Assembly: GCA_963704725.1 (NCBI GenBank)
Contig: OY969934.1
Coordinates: forward strand, 1,472,001 to 1,536,000
DNA length: 64,000 nt
DNA from: an uncultured Actinomycetes bacterium
Lineage (GTDB): Bacteria > Actinomycetota > UBA4738 > HRBIN12
Direction of reading: 5' to 3'
Positions 10,001-19,977 of this stretch are shown piece after piece. Both the position numbers and the translations under genes were made by a program. Each line of letters opens with the position of its first letter. Positions within the stretch are counted from its first letter, which is position 1. Below the pieces are notes generated by a model. That model saw only the letters and a program-made list of their open reading frames with translations, did not search any database and was not told where the DNA came from.

Positions 10001-10984
10001 ATGAGGGGGGCGGGAGCCGGGGCGGCGCCGAGCGCGCCGCCCCGGCTCGTCCTGATCCTGTCCGAGAACTGGACGCTCGTTCCCCAGGACGACCTCCGGG
10101 CGCTCGTCGCGATGGCCGCCCTGGCCGAGGAGGCGGGGTTCGACGCGATCATGGTGAGCGAGCACGTGGCGCTCGGACCCGGGGCCGACGCGAAGGGGCT
10201 CCCGGCCAACCCTCGCGACTACGCGCTCCCGGGCAACCAGGACCCGTCGACCCCGTGGCCCGATCCGCTCGTCCTGCTCGGAGCCGTGGCGGCTGCGACG
10301 ACGAGGCTCCGGCTCGTGGCGAGCTCAATCATCGCCCCGCTGCGCCATCCCGTGCTCCTGGCCAAGCAGCTCGCGACGCTCGATCGGCTCTCGGAGGGGC
10401 GCCTCGTGGTCCAGCCCACGGTGAGCTGGCACCGCGCCGAGTACGAGGCGCTCGGCGTGCCGTTCCAGAAGCGAGGTGAGCTCCTCGACGAGCACCTCGC
10501 CGCGTGGAGGGCGCTGTGGGGCGATTCGCCGGCGTCCTTCGACGGGCGGCACTACCGGTTCTCGGACGTGTACCTGGAGCCCAAGCCGTTCCGCCCGCAG
10601 GGGCCCCCGCTCTGGTTCGGCGGCGAGCGCCTGCACGAGCGGCTGCTCCGCCGGCTCGTCGCGTTCGGCGGCGGTTTCAACCCGCTCGGCCGGCCGAGCG
10701 ACGAGGACCTGACGGGGCTCCGGCGGGCGCTGGCCGAGGCCGGCCGCGACCCGGACGGGCTCGAGCTCGTCGGCGGGACCCGGGGGCGCTTCCCCGACGC
10801 GGCGGGCGTCGCCGACCTCGGGGAGGCGCTGGCCTCGATCCCGGACCAGCTCGCGCGAGGCTTCACGACGATCTGCATCAAGCCCTCGCAGTTCGTCGAC
10901 GACCTCGGCGAGGTCCCGGCGTTGCTTCGGGAGATCGTCCGGCGGGCAAGCGACATGCGCGCCGGACCGCGTAGTTCCGGGTGA
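10001..10984 (+). CDS. LLM-class (probably F420-dependent) oxidoreductase
   Basis: AEEAGFDAIMVSEH, PDPLVLLGAVAAAT, PLRHPVLLAKQLATLDRLSEGRL, PKP..PPLWFGG. Confidence 0.88.
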   Translation: MRGAGAGAAPSAPPRLVLILSENWTLVPQDDLRALVAMAALAEEAGFDAIMVSEHVALGPGADAKGLPANPRDYALPGNQDPSTPWPDPLVLLGAVAAATTRLRLVASSIIAPLRHPVLLAKQLATLDRLSEGRLVVQPTVSWHRAEYEALGVPFQKRGELLDEHLAAWRALWGDSPASFDGRHYRFSDVYLEPKPFRPQGPPLWFGGERLHERLLRRLVAFGGGFNPLGRPSDEDLTGLRRALAEAGRDPDGLELVGGTRGRFPDAAGVADLGEALASIPDQLARGFTTICIKPSQFVDDLGEVPALLREIVRRASDMRAGPRSSG

Positions 10985-13722
10985 GGCGAGCGCGGCCGGC
11001 GACCCCGGCCGGGGGAGGCGACGTGGCGAGAGGCCGGCGGAGGGATCGGAACGCCCTGTGGCTTCGGGCGCCCGTCGTGCTCCTTCGCTACCCGAAGCTC
11101 CTCCTGGCCGTGGCCCTCGGCGCCCTCCTCCTGGCCGTGTCCGTGGCCGCGTACCCGCTGTTCCTCTCGGCCGAGACCAACCATCTGGTCGAGGCCGCGA
11201 TCGAGCGTCCCGGCCTCACCCGGTTCGGCGCCGGCATCCTGTACCAGGTCCGCGTGGCGCCGCTCCACACGAAGGGGGAGGGGTTCTCTCCGACCTCGCG
11301 GGGCGGCGCGTTCGACGCGTTCACCGACGAGCCACGGCTGGGTCCGACGATCGCGAGCGCCCTCGGGCCGCCGATGCGGGCGTTCGGGACGAGGCGGCCG
11401 GGGCGCTGGGCGCCGATCGCGCTGTTCTCCGGCACGGGGGCCCGGGCGCACGTCGAGGTCCTGGGCCGCGCCGGACAGGGCGGCGTCTGGCTCGACGACC
11501 GCACCGCGCGCAGCCTGGGCGTCGGCAAGGGGGATCGCGTCACGATCGGCTCGGAGGCGGGGGTCGCGATCGAGCTCCGCGTCACGGGCCGATACGCCGC
11601 CCTGGCGGGCCGAGACGACGACGGCTACTGGGGGGCGTGGGACGCGAGCATCCACCCGTTCTGCGCCTCCGGGGACTGCGCCGCGCCGGCCGCGTTCGCC
11701 ATCGTGGAGCCCGCGCGGATGCCGCGGCTGCTCGACCGTCTCGAGGCGGCGTCGGCCACGTACTCGTGGCAGGCGCCCGTTCGTTCGGCGGCGATCTCGT
11801 GGACGGCGGCGGGATCGCTGGGTGAGTTCGAGGAGCACTTCTCGCAGGAGGCGAGCCGGGAGCTCAACGTCTTCCAGTGCTGCGGATCCGTGGTCACGGA
11901 CGAGCAGGAGATGAACGTACGCCTCACGGTCGGGATGCCGGCGATCGTCGAGGAGCTCCGCCGGACCCTGGCGACCCTCGACGGGCCGGGCAGGGTCCTG
12001 CGCGCCGCTGGCGTGGCCGTCGCGCTCGCGGTGGTCGCCGCCGCAGGGGCCTTCTCGGTCTCCGCGCGCGGCGTGGAGTCGCGCCTGCTGTTCGCGCGCG
12101 GGACCGCCGCCCGGACGGTGGGCGCCCTGACGGCGATCGGAGCGGCAGTGCCGAGCCTCGCGGGGGCGGCCGCGGGGTTCGGCGTCGCCCTGCTCATCGC
12201 CCGGGCCGGCGCCGGCGGGGACGTCGCGGCCCGGGCGAGCGGCGACGGCCTGCGGGCCGCCGCCCTGGCGGCGCTCGCGTCCCTGGCGCTGCTCAGCCTC
12301 GTGGCCGCGATCGCCTACGCGAACGCGTTCGGGTTGCGCCGGCGACGGCTCGGAGTGCTCGCGCGGGTGCCTTGGGAGCTGGCGCTCGTGGGCGTCGCCG
12401 CGGTCGCGCTGGTCCGGATCCGCGGCGGCGGCGCCTTCGTCCGCGACCCTGCGCTCGGCGTCGGCCGGCCGAGCGCGTCCCTGCTGTTGTTCCCGGTCGT
12501 GGCCATCGGCGGGCTGAGCGCGGTGGGGAGTCGTGGCTTCCTCGCCCTCGTCCGGTGGGTCCGCGGGCGGAGCGGCCGGTTCACGTCCTGGCTCTACCTG
12601 GCCGTGCACCGCATGGCCGGGGCCCCGCGGGTGGCCGTCCTGCTCGTGGCGACCACGGCCCTGTGCCTGGGGCTCGCCGTCCACACGCAGACCGTGGTGC
12701 GGTCCCTGCAGTCGACGGTCGACGCGAAGGCGGGCGTGTTCGTGGGCAGCGACGTGAGCGCGCGCGTCGTCTACGGGACGGGGGCGCCCGACCCCTTCCC
12801 CCTCCCGCTCACACGGGTCACCAGGGTGCCCGGAGGGGTCCTGATCGACGGGGACCGGCGCGCCGACCTCCTGGCGATCGACCCGGGCACGTTCGAGGCC
12901 GCCGCCTTCTGGAACCCGGGCTTCTCGGACGTTCCCCTGTCCGAGATCGTTCGGCGGCTCTCCGAGCCGGCCGCGCGCGGCATCCCGATCGCCGTCACGG
13001 GCAACGTGCGCCTGCCCTCCACACTTCGCTTCTCCGGGCGCGACGTGCCGGTCCGCGTCGTGGCCCGGCCGGACGCGTTCCCGGGGACCTCCTCCCTGCG
13101 TCCCCTGGTCGTCGTGGACGAGAGCCTCCTGGTGCAGGCGACCTCCGGAGGGCTGAACCCGCTCGCGACGATGAGTGGCAGCACCGAGCTGTGGGTCCGG
13201 GGCGAGGCCCAGGAGGCCCTGACCGACCTGCAGGCGACGGGCAAGACCCTCTACCTGATCCGGACGGCCGACCGGGTGCGCAACATCCCCAGGATCGCCG
13301 CGGTGATCCGGACGTTCCGGGTGCTGAACGCGCTCGGGCTGGTCGCCGGCGCGCTCGTCGTGCTCGGCATGCTGATGTACCTGCAGGCCCGGCAGCGTTC
13401 GCAGGAGGTCTCGTACGGGCTCTCGCTGCGGATGGGCATGACGCACGCCCGTCATCGCCGCTCGCTCACCGTCGAGCTCGGCGCGATGCTCGGCTTCTCC
13501 TACGCGATCGGCCTCGTGCTCGCCCTTGGCGTGGCCGTCGTGATCGCCCGGCTCCTGGATCCGCTCGAGTCCATCCCGCCGGGCGCGCTGCTCGTGATCC
13601 CGGGCGGATCGATCCTCGCAACCCTGGCGGCGGTGCTCGGGCTCGCGTGGGTCTCGGGATGGTTCATCAACCGCCGGGCGCGGGCGGTCGACCTCGGGGA
13701 GGTGATGCGCCTTGCCGAGTGA
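10981..13722 (+). CDS. FtsX-like ABC transporter permease (two-repeat, large extracellular loops)
   Basis: 913 aa with an N-terminal TM segment, a large loop and repeated TM clusters; overlaps the downstream ATPase; exact start uncertain. Confidence 0.75.
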   Translation: MRRARPATPAGGGDVARGRRRDRNALWLRAPVVLLRYPKLLLAVALGALLLAVSVAAYPLFLSAETNHLVEAAIERPGLTRFGAGILYQVRVAPLHTKGEGFSPTSRGGAFDAFTDEPRLGPTIASALGPPMRAFGTRRPGRWAPIALFSGTGARAHVEVLGRAGQGGVWLDDRTARSLGVGKGDRVTIGSEAGVAIELRVTGRYAALAGRDDDGYWGAWDASIHPFCASGDCAAPAAFAIVEPARMPRLLDRLEAASATYSWQAPVRSAAISWTAAGSLGEFEEHFSQEASRELNVFQCCGSVVTDEQEMNVRLTVGMPAIVEELRRTLATLDGPGRVLRAAGVAVALAVVAAAGAFSVSARGVESRLLFARGTAARTVGALTAIGAAVPSLAGAAAGFGVALLIARAGAGGDVAARASGDGLRAAALAALASLALLSLVAAIAYANAFGLRRRRLGVLARVPWELALVGVAAVALVRIRGGGAFVRDPALGVGRPSASLLLFPVVAIGGLSAVGSRGFLALVRWVRGRSGRFTSWLYLAVHRMAGAPRVAVLLVATTALCLGLAVHTQTVVRSLQSTVDAKAGVFVGSDVSARVVYGTGAPDPFPLPLTRVTRVPGGVLIDGDRRADLLAIDPGTFEAAAFWNPGFSDVPLSEIVRRLSEPAARGIPIAVTGNVRLPSTLRFSGRDVPVRVVARPDAFPGTSSLRPLVVVDESLLVQATSGGLNPLATMSGSTELWVRGEAQEALTDLQATGKTLYLIRTADRVRNIPRIAAVIRTFRVLNALGLVAGALVVLGMLMYLQARQRSQEVSYGLSLRMGMTHARHRRSLTVELGAMLGFSYAIGLVLALGVAVVIARLLDPLESIPPGALLVIPGGSILATLAAVLGLAWVSGWFINRRARAVDLGEVMRLAE

Positions 13723-15112
13723 GCGCCCGGCGGCGCGGTCCGAGGGGCTCACGAGGACCTACCGGACGGCGGGGTCCGTGGTCGAGGCCCTGGCGGGCGT
13801 CACGGTCGACATCCCGCGAGCGGCCGTGGTGGCGGTGGCGGGCCCCTCGGGCAGCGGCAAGTCGTCGTTCCTCCGGTTGCTGGCCGGTCTGGACCGGCCG
13901 ACCTCGGGTCGCCTGTGGGTCGGGGAGCTGGCCCTGCACGCCGCTTCTCGGCGCCGGCTCCGCGTGCACCGGCGCCGGACGGTGGCGTACGTGTTCCAGC
14001 GGGCCTCGGACAACTTCTTCCCGTACCTCACCGTCCGCCAGCACCTGGGGCTCGCGCTCCGGGCCTCGCGCCGGGCCCCGAGCGTCGACGCGGCCGAGCT
14101 CGTCGAGCTCCTCGGGATCGAGGAACGCCTGGATCACCGGGCGGCCGAGCTCTCGGGCGGGGAACAGGCGCGCGCGGCGATCGCACAGGCCCTGGCGCGC
14201 GGGTCGAGCCTCGTGGTCGCCGACGAGCCCACGGCGGAGCTCGACACCGCGTCGGCGGCCGGCGTCATCGAGGCGATGCTCGCGCTCCGCGAGCGCGGCG
14301 CGACGTTCGTCGTCGCGACCCACGACCCGGAGGTGATGCGGCGGGCCGACGACCTGATCGCGCTCGACCACGGCCGGCTCCGCCCGAGGCTCGCCGCCGG
14401 GGACGCGCGGGCCTCGCGGCCCGAGGCTCCGCGGCCGATCGGGCGTCCCGTCGGCGAGCCGGTCCTGCGCGCGTCGGGCGTGAGCAAGTCGTACCGGCGG
14501 GGCCGAGCCAGCGTGCCGGCCGTCCGCGGGGCCGACCTGTCCGTGCGCACCGGGGAGCTCGTCGGGCTCGTCGGGCGGTCGGGGTCCGGCAAGACGACGC
14601 TGCTGAACCTCGTCGCGGGGTGGGAGCGCCCGGACGAGGGGACGGTCGCCGTGGCCGGCGTGGACCCGGCCGTCGTGTCCCCGCCGTGGAGCGACGTCGC
14701 GGTGCTCCCGCAGCGGCTCGGCCTGATGGAGGAGCTGACCGTCCGGGAGAACGTGGAGTACCCGGCGCGGCTGAACGGGACGCTCGGGTCGATCGGCCGG
14801 CTGATCGACGACCTGCTCGAGGCGCTCGGCCTCGAGGCGCTGCAGTCCCGTCACCCGAGCCAGACCTCCGTCGGCGAACAGCAGCGCGCGGCGATCGCCC
14901 GGGCGCTCGTGCTCTCCCCGAGGCTCGTCCTGGCCGACGAGCCCACGGGCCACCAGAACCGCGCGTGGGCCGACCGCGTCCTCGACGTGCTGCGACGAGC
15001 CGTGGACGAGGGCTCGTCCTGCCTGGCCGCGACGCACGACGAGGAGATCGTCCGCCACGTCACCCGGGTGCTCGAGATGTCCGACGGCACGCTCGCGGAG
15101 CGGCCGGCCTGA
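13712..15112 (+). CDS. ABC ATP-binding protein with two LolD/MacB-type domains
   Basis: Walker A GPSGSGKS and GRSGSGKT; signatures LSGGEQ and TSVGEQ; two ADEPT motifs; two ATHD H-loops. Confidence 0.9.
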   Translation: MPSERPAARSEGLTRTYRTAGSVVEALAGVTVDIPRAAVVAVAGPSGSGKSSFLRLLAGLDRPTSGRLWVGELALHAASRRRLRVHRRRTVAYVFQRASDNFFPYLTVRQHLGLALRASRRAPSVDAAELVELLGIEERLDHRAAELSGGEQARAAIAQALARGSSLVVADEPTAELDTASAAGVIEAMLALRERGATFVVATHDPEVMRRADDLIALDHGRLRPRLAAGDARASRPEAPRPIGRPVGEPVLRASGVSKSYRRGRASVPAVRGADLSVRTGELVGLVGRSGSGKTTLLNLVAGWERPDEGTVAVAGVDPAVVSPPWSDVAVLPQRLGLMEELTVRENVEYPARLNGTLGSIGRLIDDLLEALGLEALQSRHPSQTSVGEQQRAAIARALVLSPRLVLADEPTGHQNRAWADRVLDVLRRAVDEGSSCLAATHDEEIVRHVTRVLEMSDGTLAERPA

Positions 15113-15114
15113 CG

Positions 15115-16473
15115 TCAGATCACCTCGAAATAGCGCCGGCGCTCCCATTCGGTGACGGCGCCGGGCGCGAGGAACTGCTCCCACTCCCACCGCCCGGCCT
15201 CGGCGTAGTGCGCCACGACGTCCTTGCCGAAGACCTCGGCCGCGAACGCGCCGTCGCGGAAGCTCGCGACGGCCTCGCCGAGCGTGGCCGGCAGCGGTGG
15301 CACGGGCCGGTCGAAGTCGCCGCCCATGAGCGGTTCGCCCGGATCGGCACCGGTGGCGATGCCGTCCGCCGCCGAGGCCAGCAGCGCGGCGATGGCGAGG
15401 TAGGGGTTCACGTCCGCTCCGGGCACGCGCCACTCGAGCCGTGTCGACGCCGGCCCCTCGACGAGTACCCGGCACGACACCATCCGGCTGTCGAACCCCC
15501 ACGACCGCCCGTTGCCCGAGAACTCGCCGCTCGTCGTCCGCCGGTACGAGTTCACCGTGGGCGCGTAGAGGAGCATGAGCTCGGGCGCGCGGTCGAGGAT
15601 GCCGCCGATCGCGGCGCGGAGCGTCGCCGACACGCCGTCGGCGGCGTCGGCGTCGTGGAAGACGTTGGCCCCCGAGCCGTCCACCATCGACAGGTGCAGG
15701 TGGCAGGAGGAGCCGGTGGTGTCGCCGAACGGCTTGGCCATGAAGGTCGCGGCCATCCCCGCCGCCGCGGCCAGGTCGCGCACCGCGAGCTTGAACAGGA
15801 CGTGCCGGTCGGCCATCTCGAGCGCCCGCTGGTACTCGAGGTTGATCTCCCACTGGCCGAGGCCCCACTCCACCTGGCTGGTCCAGGGGCCGAGGTTGGA
15901 GGCCGCGAGCGCCTCGCGGACTCCGGCGAAGAAGCCCTCGTGCCGGTCGCCGGCCTGGATCGTGTAGTCGGCGCGGGCGGTCGTGGTCGGACGGAGCGTT
16001 TCGTAGCCGTCCGACCGGCTCTCCTCGTACGTGCCCCGGTACAGCGCGAACTCCAGCTCGCTCCCGACCTGCGGGACGAGCCCCGTCTTCGCCAGCCGCT
16101 CGACCTGGCGCCGGAGCATCGTCCGGGGTGCGACGGGGACGAGCTCGTCGGACGACAGCTCGACGAAGTCGGCCACGCAGATCGCCGTCCGCTCGAGCCA
16201 GGCCGCCGGGCGCAGGGAGTCGAGGTCCGGCACGAGCCGGACGTCGTGCCAGCCGGTGTGATGGCCGGTGTACTCCTGCACCGGGCCGGGCCACTGGTCG
16301 AGGTCCCAGCCGAGCACGCAGGAGCTGAGCGGCACGCCCTCGTGCAGGAGCCGCAGGAACACGTCGGGGGAGAAGCGCTTGCCCACGAGCCTCCCCGTCA
16401 CGTCGACCGAGGTCACGACGACCGTGGAGAACCCCTCGGCCGCGAGGTCCTCCGGTCGCAGCGCGGGAGTCAT
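15115..16473 (-). CDS. Glutamine synthetase-like gamma-glutamyl-amine ligase (GlnA4/PuuA-like)
   Basis: GRLVGKR, SELEF, EWGLGQWEIN, FMAKP..GSSCHLHLS, NSYRR, RLEWRVPGADVNPY; ATGA overlap with the upstream SDR. Confidence 0.85.
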   Translation of the reverse strand: MTPALRPEDLAAEGFSTVVVTSVDVTGRLVGKRFSPDVFLRLLHEGVPLSSCVLGWDLDQWPGPVQEYTGHHTGWHDVRLVPDLDSLRPAAWLERTAICVADFVELSSDELVPVAPRTMLRRQVERLAKTGLVPQVGSELEFALYRGTYEESRSDGYETLRPTTTARADYTIQAGDRHEGFFAGVREALAASNLGPWTSQVEWGLGQWEINLEYQRALEMADRHVLFKLAVRDLAAAAGMAATFMAKPFGDTTGSSCHLHLSMVDGSGANVFHDADAADGVSATLRAAIGGILDRAPELMLLYAPTVNSYRRTTSGEFSGNGRSWGFDSRMVSCRVLVEGPASTRLEWRVPGADVNPYLAIAALLASAADGIATGADPGEPLMGGDFDRPVPPLPATLGEAVASFRDGAFAAEVFGKDVVAHYAEAGRWEWEQFLAPGAVTEWERRRYFEVI

Positions 16474-17240
16474 CGCGTCAGCCATCCGCCGTCGACCGGG
16501 AGCTGCGCGCCGGTGATGAACGACGCCTCGTCCGAGAGCAGGAACGAGATCGCCGCGGCGACGTCCTCCGGCTCGCCGACGCGCGGCACGAGCAGTCGCT
16601 GGCGCATGAACTCCCAGGCCTCGGGGGAGCGGAGGTCGCCGCCGGGGATGAACGAGGTGGCGATGGGCCCGGGCGCCACCGCGTTGACGCGGATGTTCCG
16701 ATGCGAGAGCTCGACCGCGAGCGCCTTCGTCAGCATCTTCACGCCGCCCTTGGAGGCGTTGTAGTGCACCTGCGGGTGGCCCATGGACGAGACGACCACC
16801 TCGGACTCGATCGTGGACATGTTGACGATCGCGCCGCCGCCGGCCTCGGCGATCAAGGGTGCGACCGCCTGGGTGACGAGATACATGCCCTTAAGGTTGG
16901 TGTCGAGGACAAGGTCCCACTCCTCCTCGGCCAGCTCGTCGAGCGCCGACAGCCGGACCAGCCCGGCGTTGTTGACGAGGTAGTGGATCGCGCCGAACGC
17001 TTCGAGCGCGCCGTCGCGGGCCGTCCGGACCTCCTCCCGGTCGCGAACGTCGGCGTCGAATGCCGCGCCCTGCCCACCCGCGTCCGCGATCAGGGCCACC
17101 GTCTCCTCCGCTGCGTCCAGGCGCACGTCGACGACGGCCACGGCCGCACCCTCGGAGGCGAGACGCCGCGCCGTGGCCCGTCCGATCCCCGAGCCGCTGC
17201 CCGTGACGATCGCCACGCGTCCGGAGTGGTCGAAGCTCAT
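16470..17240 (-). CDS. Short-chain dehydrogenase/reductase
   Basis: TGSGSGIG, NNAG, YNASK, VNAVAPG, VDGG. Confidence 0.92.
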   Translation of the reverse strand: MSFDHSGRVAIVTGSGSGIGRATARRLASEGAAVAVVDVRLDAAEETVALIADAGGQGAAFDADVRDREEVRTARDGALEAFGAIHYLVNNAGLVRLSALDELAEEEWDLVLDTNLKGMYLVTQAVAPLIAEAGGGAIVNMSTIESEVVVSSMGHPQVHYNASKGGVKMLTKALAVELSHRNIRVNAVAPGPIATSFIPGGDLRSPEAWEFMRQRLLVPRVGEPEDVAAAISFLLSDEASFITGAQLPVDGGWLTR

Positions 17241-18037
17241 GCGCCCCCCGGGGCGTCGAACGCGAGGGACGCGACGTCCACGGCGGTGCCGCCACCGTCG
17301 GCGACGAGGACCGATCCGGTCACGATCGAGGAGTCGTCGCTCGCCAGGAACAGGCAGCACGCCGCGATCTCCTCGGCGGTCGCGGGCCGACGGAGCGGGA
17401 CGTCCTTGGTGGCGAGAGCGTAGGCGTCCTCCCGCGCGATCCCCCGGGCGACCGCGACCTCGTCCATCGACTCGTCGCCCATCGGCGTCACGACCCAGCC
17501 GGGACAGAGCGCGTTGGCGCGGATCCCCCTCGGGCCGTAGTCGACCGCGATCGAGCGCGCCAGGCCGATCAGCGCGGCCTTGGAGGTGTCGTAGGCGGCG
17601 GAGTTCGTGCTGCTCACCAGCCCGGACACGCTCGACACGAGGACGATCGAGCCGCCGCCGCGCGCCGTGAGCTCGGGGATCGCGGCGCGAACTAGGCGGA
17701 GCGGCCCGGTGAGGTTCACGTCGAGCGTGCCGGACCATCGCTCGTCGTCCACGTCGCCGGCCGAGCCGCCGAACCCGACGCCCGCGTTCGCGACCACGAC
17801 GTCGAGCCCGCCGAAGCGCTCGACCGCGGCGGCGACGACGGCCGTCGCGTGATCCGGGTCGGTGACGTCCCCCGGGACCGCCAGGCCCCCCGTCTCGGCG
17901 GCGATCGCGGCGATCGGCTCGGGGCGGCGGCCGGTGACGACGACGCTCGCCCCCTCGGCGGCGAAGCGGCGAGCGGTGGCGGCGCCGATCCCCGAACCGC
18001 CTCCGCTCACGATCGCGACCTTGCCGGCCAGCCGCAC
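17237..18037 (-). CDS. Short-chain dehydrogenase/reductase
   Basis: SGGGSGIG, ANAG, YDTSK, ANALCPG, ADGG. Confidence 0.92.
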   Translation of the reverse strand: MRLAGKVAIVSGGGSGIGAATARRFAAEGASVVVTGRRPEPIAAIAAETGGLAVPGDVTDPDHATAVVAAAVERFGGLDVVVANAGVGFGGSAGDVDDERWSGTLDVNLTGPLRLVRAAIPELTARGGGSIVLVSSVSGLVSSTNSAAYDTSKAALIGLARSIAVDYGPRGIRANALCPGWVVTPMGDESMDEVAVARGIAREDAYALATKDVPLRRPATAEEIAACCLFLASDDSSIVTGSVLVADGGGTAVDVASLAFDAPGGA

Positions 18038-18129
18038 GATGCCCCCCCGACGCCTTGCCCCAGAGATCGTTCGGACCCAAAATACCCAACCGCGGCAGCG
18101 GGCGTGCCGCGCGATCCGATCGGGGGCTC

Positions 18130-18720
18130 ATGGCGAACCTGGAACCGCTGCGGCGGGAGGACCATCCCGAGCTCGAGGACCTCTTCCGCCTGTACGACGA
18201 CACGATGTCGTTCGTTCCGAACAGCCTGTTCACGATGGCCCGACGTCCCGAGATCCTCCGGGCGTTCAGCGACCTCATCACCCAGATCTGGCGAACCGGA
18301 ACCGTTCCGGTCGGACTGAAGCCGCTCATCGCGATCGTCGCCAGCACCGCCGCCGGGTGCCGGTACTGCCAGGCCCACGAGACCGTGGACGCGATGCTCC
18401 GCGGCGTGCCCGAGGACAAGATCGCGGAGGTCTGGGACTTCGAGCGATCGACTCGGTACTCGGACGCCGAGCGCGCGGCGCTCCGCTTCGCCCGGGACGC
18501 CAGCGTCGTGCCGAACGAGGTGACGCCGGCGCACTTCGAGGACCTCCGCCGGCACTGGGACGAGGGCGAGATCGTCGAGATCCTTGCGGTCGTCGGGCTG
18601 TTCGGCTTCCTCAACCGGTGGAACGACTCCATGGCCACGGACCTGGAGGACGTCCCGAGCGCGTTCGCCCACCGGACGATCGGCCCGCACGGGTGGGAGC
18701 CGGGGAAGCACCGCCCATGA
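18130..18720 (+). CDS. AhpD/carboxymuconolactone decarboxylase-family peroxidase-related protein
   Basis: VPNSLFTMARRPE, AGCRYCQAH (CxxCxxH), LFGFLNRWND. Confidence 0.85.
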   Translation: MANLEPLRREDHPELEDLFRLYDDTMSFVPNSLFTMARRPEILRAFSDLITQIWRTGTVPVGLKPLIAIVASTAAGCRYCQAHETVDAMLRGVPEDKIAEVWDFERSTRYSDAERAALRFARDASVVPNEVTPAHFEDLRRHWDEGEIVEILAVVGLFGFLNRWNDSMATDLEDVPSAFAHRTIGPHGWEPGKHRP

Positions 18721-19892
18721 GCCTCGGCGAGCGGATCACGTTGGAGGAGCTCGAGCGCGACCCGTACCCGATCTACGCGCGCCTGCGCGAGGAGGAGCCG
18801 GTGTCCTGGGTGCCGGCGGTGCAGCTGTGGCTCGTGACGCGGCACGACGACGTCCGGTTCGTGGACCTCACCCCCGACGTCTTCACGGCCGCGACGAGCC
18901 CGTCGACGCTGAACCGAACGATGGGCGTGAACATGCTCGGCTCGGAGGGCCCCGACCAGCGCCGCGTCCGTCGCGTCGTCGAGCCGCCGTTCCGGCCCCG
19001 GGACGTCGAGGCCCGGACCCGGGGCATGATCCCCCAGCTCGCGCACGAGCTGATCGACGGGTTCGAGGCGCGGGGCGCGTGCGACCTGTTCCGAGAGTTC
19101 GCCGACCCGATGAGCGTCCGCTCGCTCCGCTTCATGCTCGGGCTCGAGGAGGTGCCGTGGCAGGACCTCCTGCGGTGGAACGAGGGCCTCATGCCGGGGT
19201 TGGCCAACTTCGAGGGCGACCCGGCGAAGCAGGCGCCGGCCGACGAGGCGAGCGCCGCGCTCGGCGAGGTGATCGAGACGGTCCTGCAGCGCCTGCGGGA
19301 CGAGCCCGACGACTCGGTCCTGTCGTGGATGCTCCACCACGACCGCGACGGCGACGCGATGAGCCGGCAGGAGATCGTCGCGAACACCAAGCTCATGCTC
19401 TCCGGCGGCCTCCAGGAGCCCCGCGACCTGATCGCGCTCGTCGTGTACGCGCTGGGGTCGAACCCCGACCAGCTCGAGCGGGTGCGGGAGGACCGCGCGC
19501 TCGTCAAGCCGGCGGTGGAGGAGACGCTCCGATGGGCCGGCCCCGTCGGAACGTCCACCAGGCAGACGACGCGGCCGACCGAGCTCGCCGGCGTCGCGCT
19601 CCCCGACGGCGCCCTGATCGCGGCCGTGCTCGCCTCGGCGAACCGGGATCCTGGCCGCTTCCACGACCCCGATCGGTTCGACGTGCTCCGGCGGGAGGGC
19701 GCGCACCTGGCGTTCGCGGCCGGGAACCACTTCTGCCTGGGGGCGTGGTTCGGCCGCCACCTGGCGCGCGTCTCGCTCGAGATCCTGCTCGACCGGCTAC
19801 CCGGTCTGCGCCTCGACCCAGGCCGGCCGCCGACCCTGTCGGGGTGGGAGTTCCGGGCGCCGGACTCGATGTGGGTGCGGTGGGAAGGCTGA
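18717..19892 (+). CDS. Cytochrome P450, CYP255-like (QE I-helix)
   Basis: ATGA-coupled; DPYPIYARLR, GGLQEP, EETLR, SANRDP, FAAGNHFCLG heme motif. Confidence 0.92.
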   Translation: MSLGERITLEELERDPYPIYARLREEEPVSWVPAVQLWLVTRHDDVRFVDLTPDVFTAATSPSTLNRTMGVNMLGSEGPDQRRVRRVVEPPFRPRDVEARTRGMIPQLAHELIDGFEARGACDLFREFADPMSVRSLRFMLGLEEVPWQDLLRWNEGLMPGLANFEGDPAKQAPADEASAALGEVIETVLQRLRDEPDDSVLSWMLHHDRDGDAMSRQEIVANTKLMLSGGLQEPRDLIALVVYALGSNPDQLERVREDRALVKPAVEETLRWAGPVGTSTRQTTRPTELAGVALPDGALIAAVLASANRDPGRFHDPDRFDVLRREGAHLAFAAGNHFCLGAWFGRHLARVSLEILLDRLPGLRLDPGRPPTLSGWEFRAPDSMWVRWEG

Positions 19893-19977
19893 ATTCGAAG
19901 TCGCCCGGACGAAGGACTAGGCTCGTCGTGGGGGCCACCGGCGCCCGGATCGAGCGCCAAGGGGAAAGGGGTCGGTC

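Noticed and set aside
10552-13752. 1066-aa antisense ORF and similar long ORFs (13915..16764, 39718..42996, 44693..47314, 48755..52597, 55603..58380)
   Set aside because: These are shadow frames of real genes in high-GC DNA, with Arg/Pro/Gly-rich or antisense-codon composition and no motifs.
16470-19760. Apparent giant fusions in the ORF track (1096-aa SDR, 1223-aa aminopeptidase, 1850-aa MalQ, 1003-aa zinc-ribbon protein)
   Set aside because: The N-terminal extensions overlap other genuine genes; true starts are supported by stop/start coupling or RBS.
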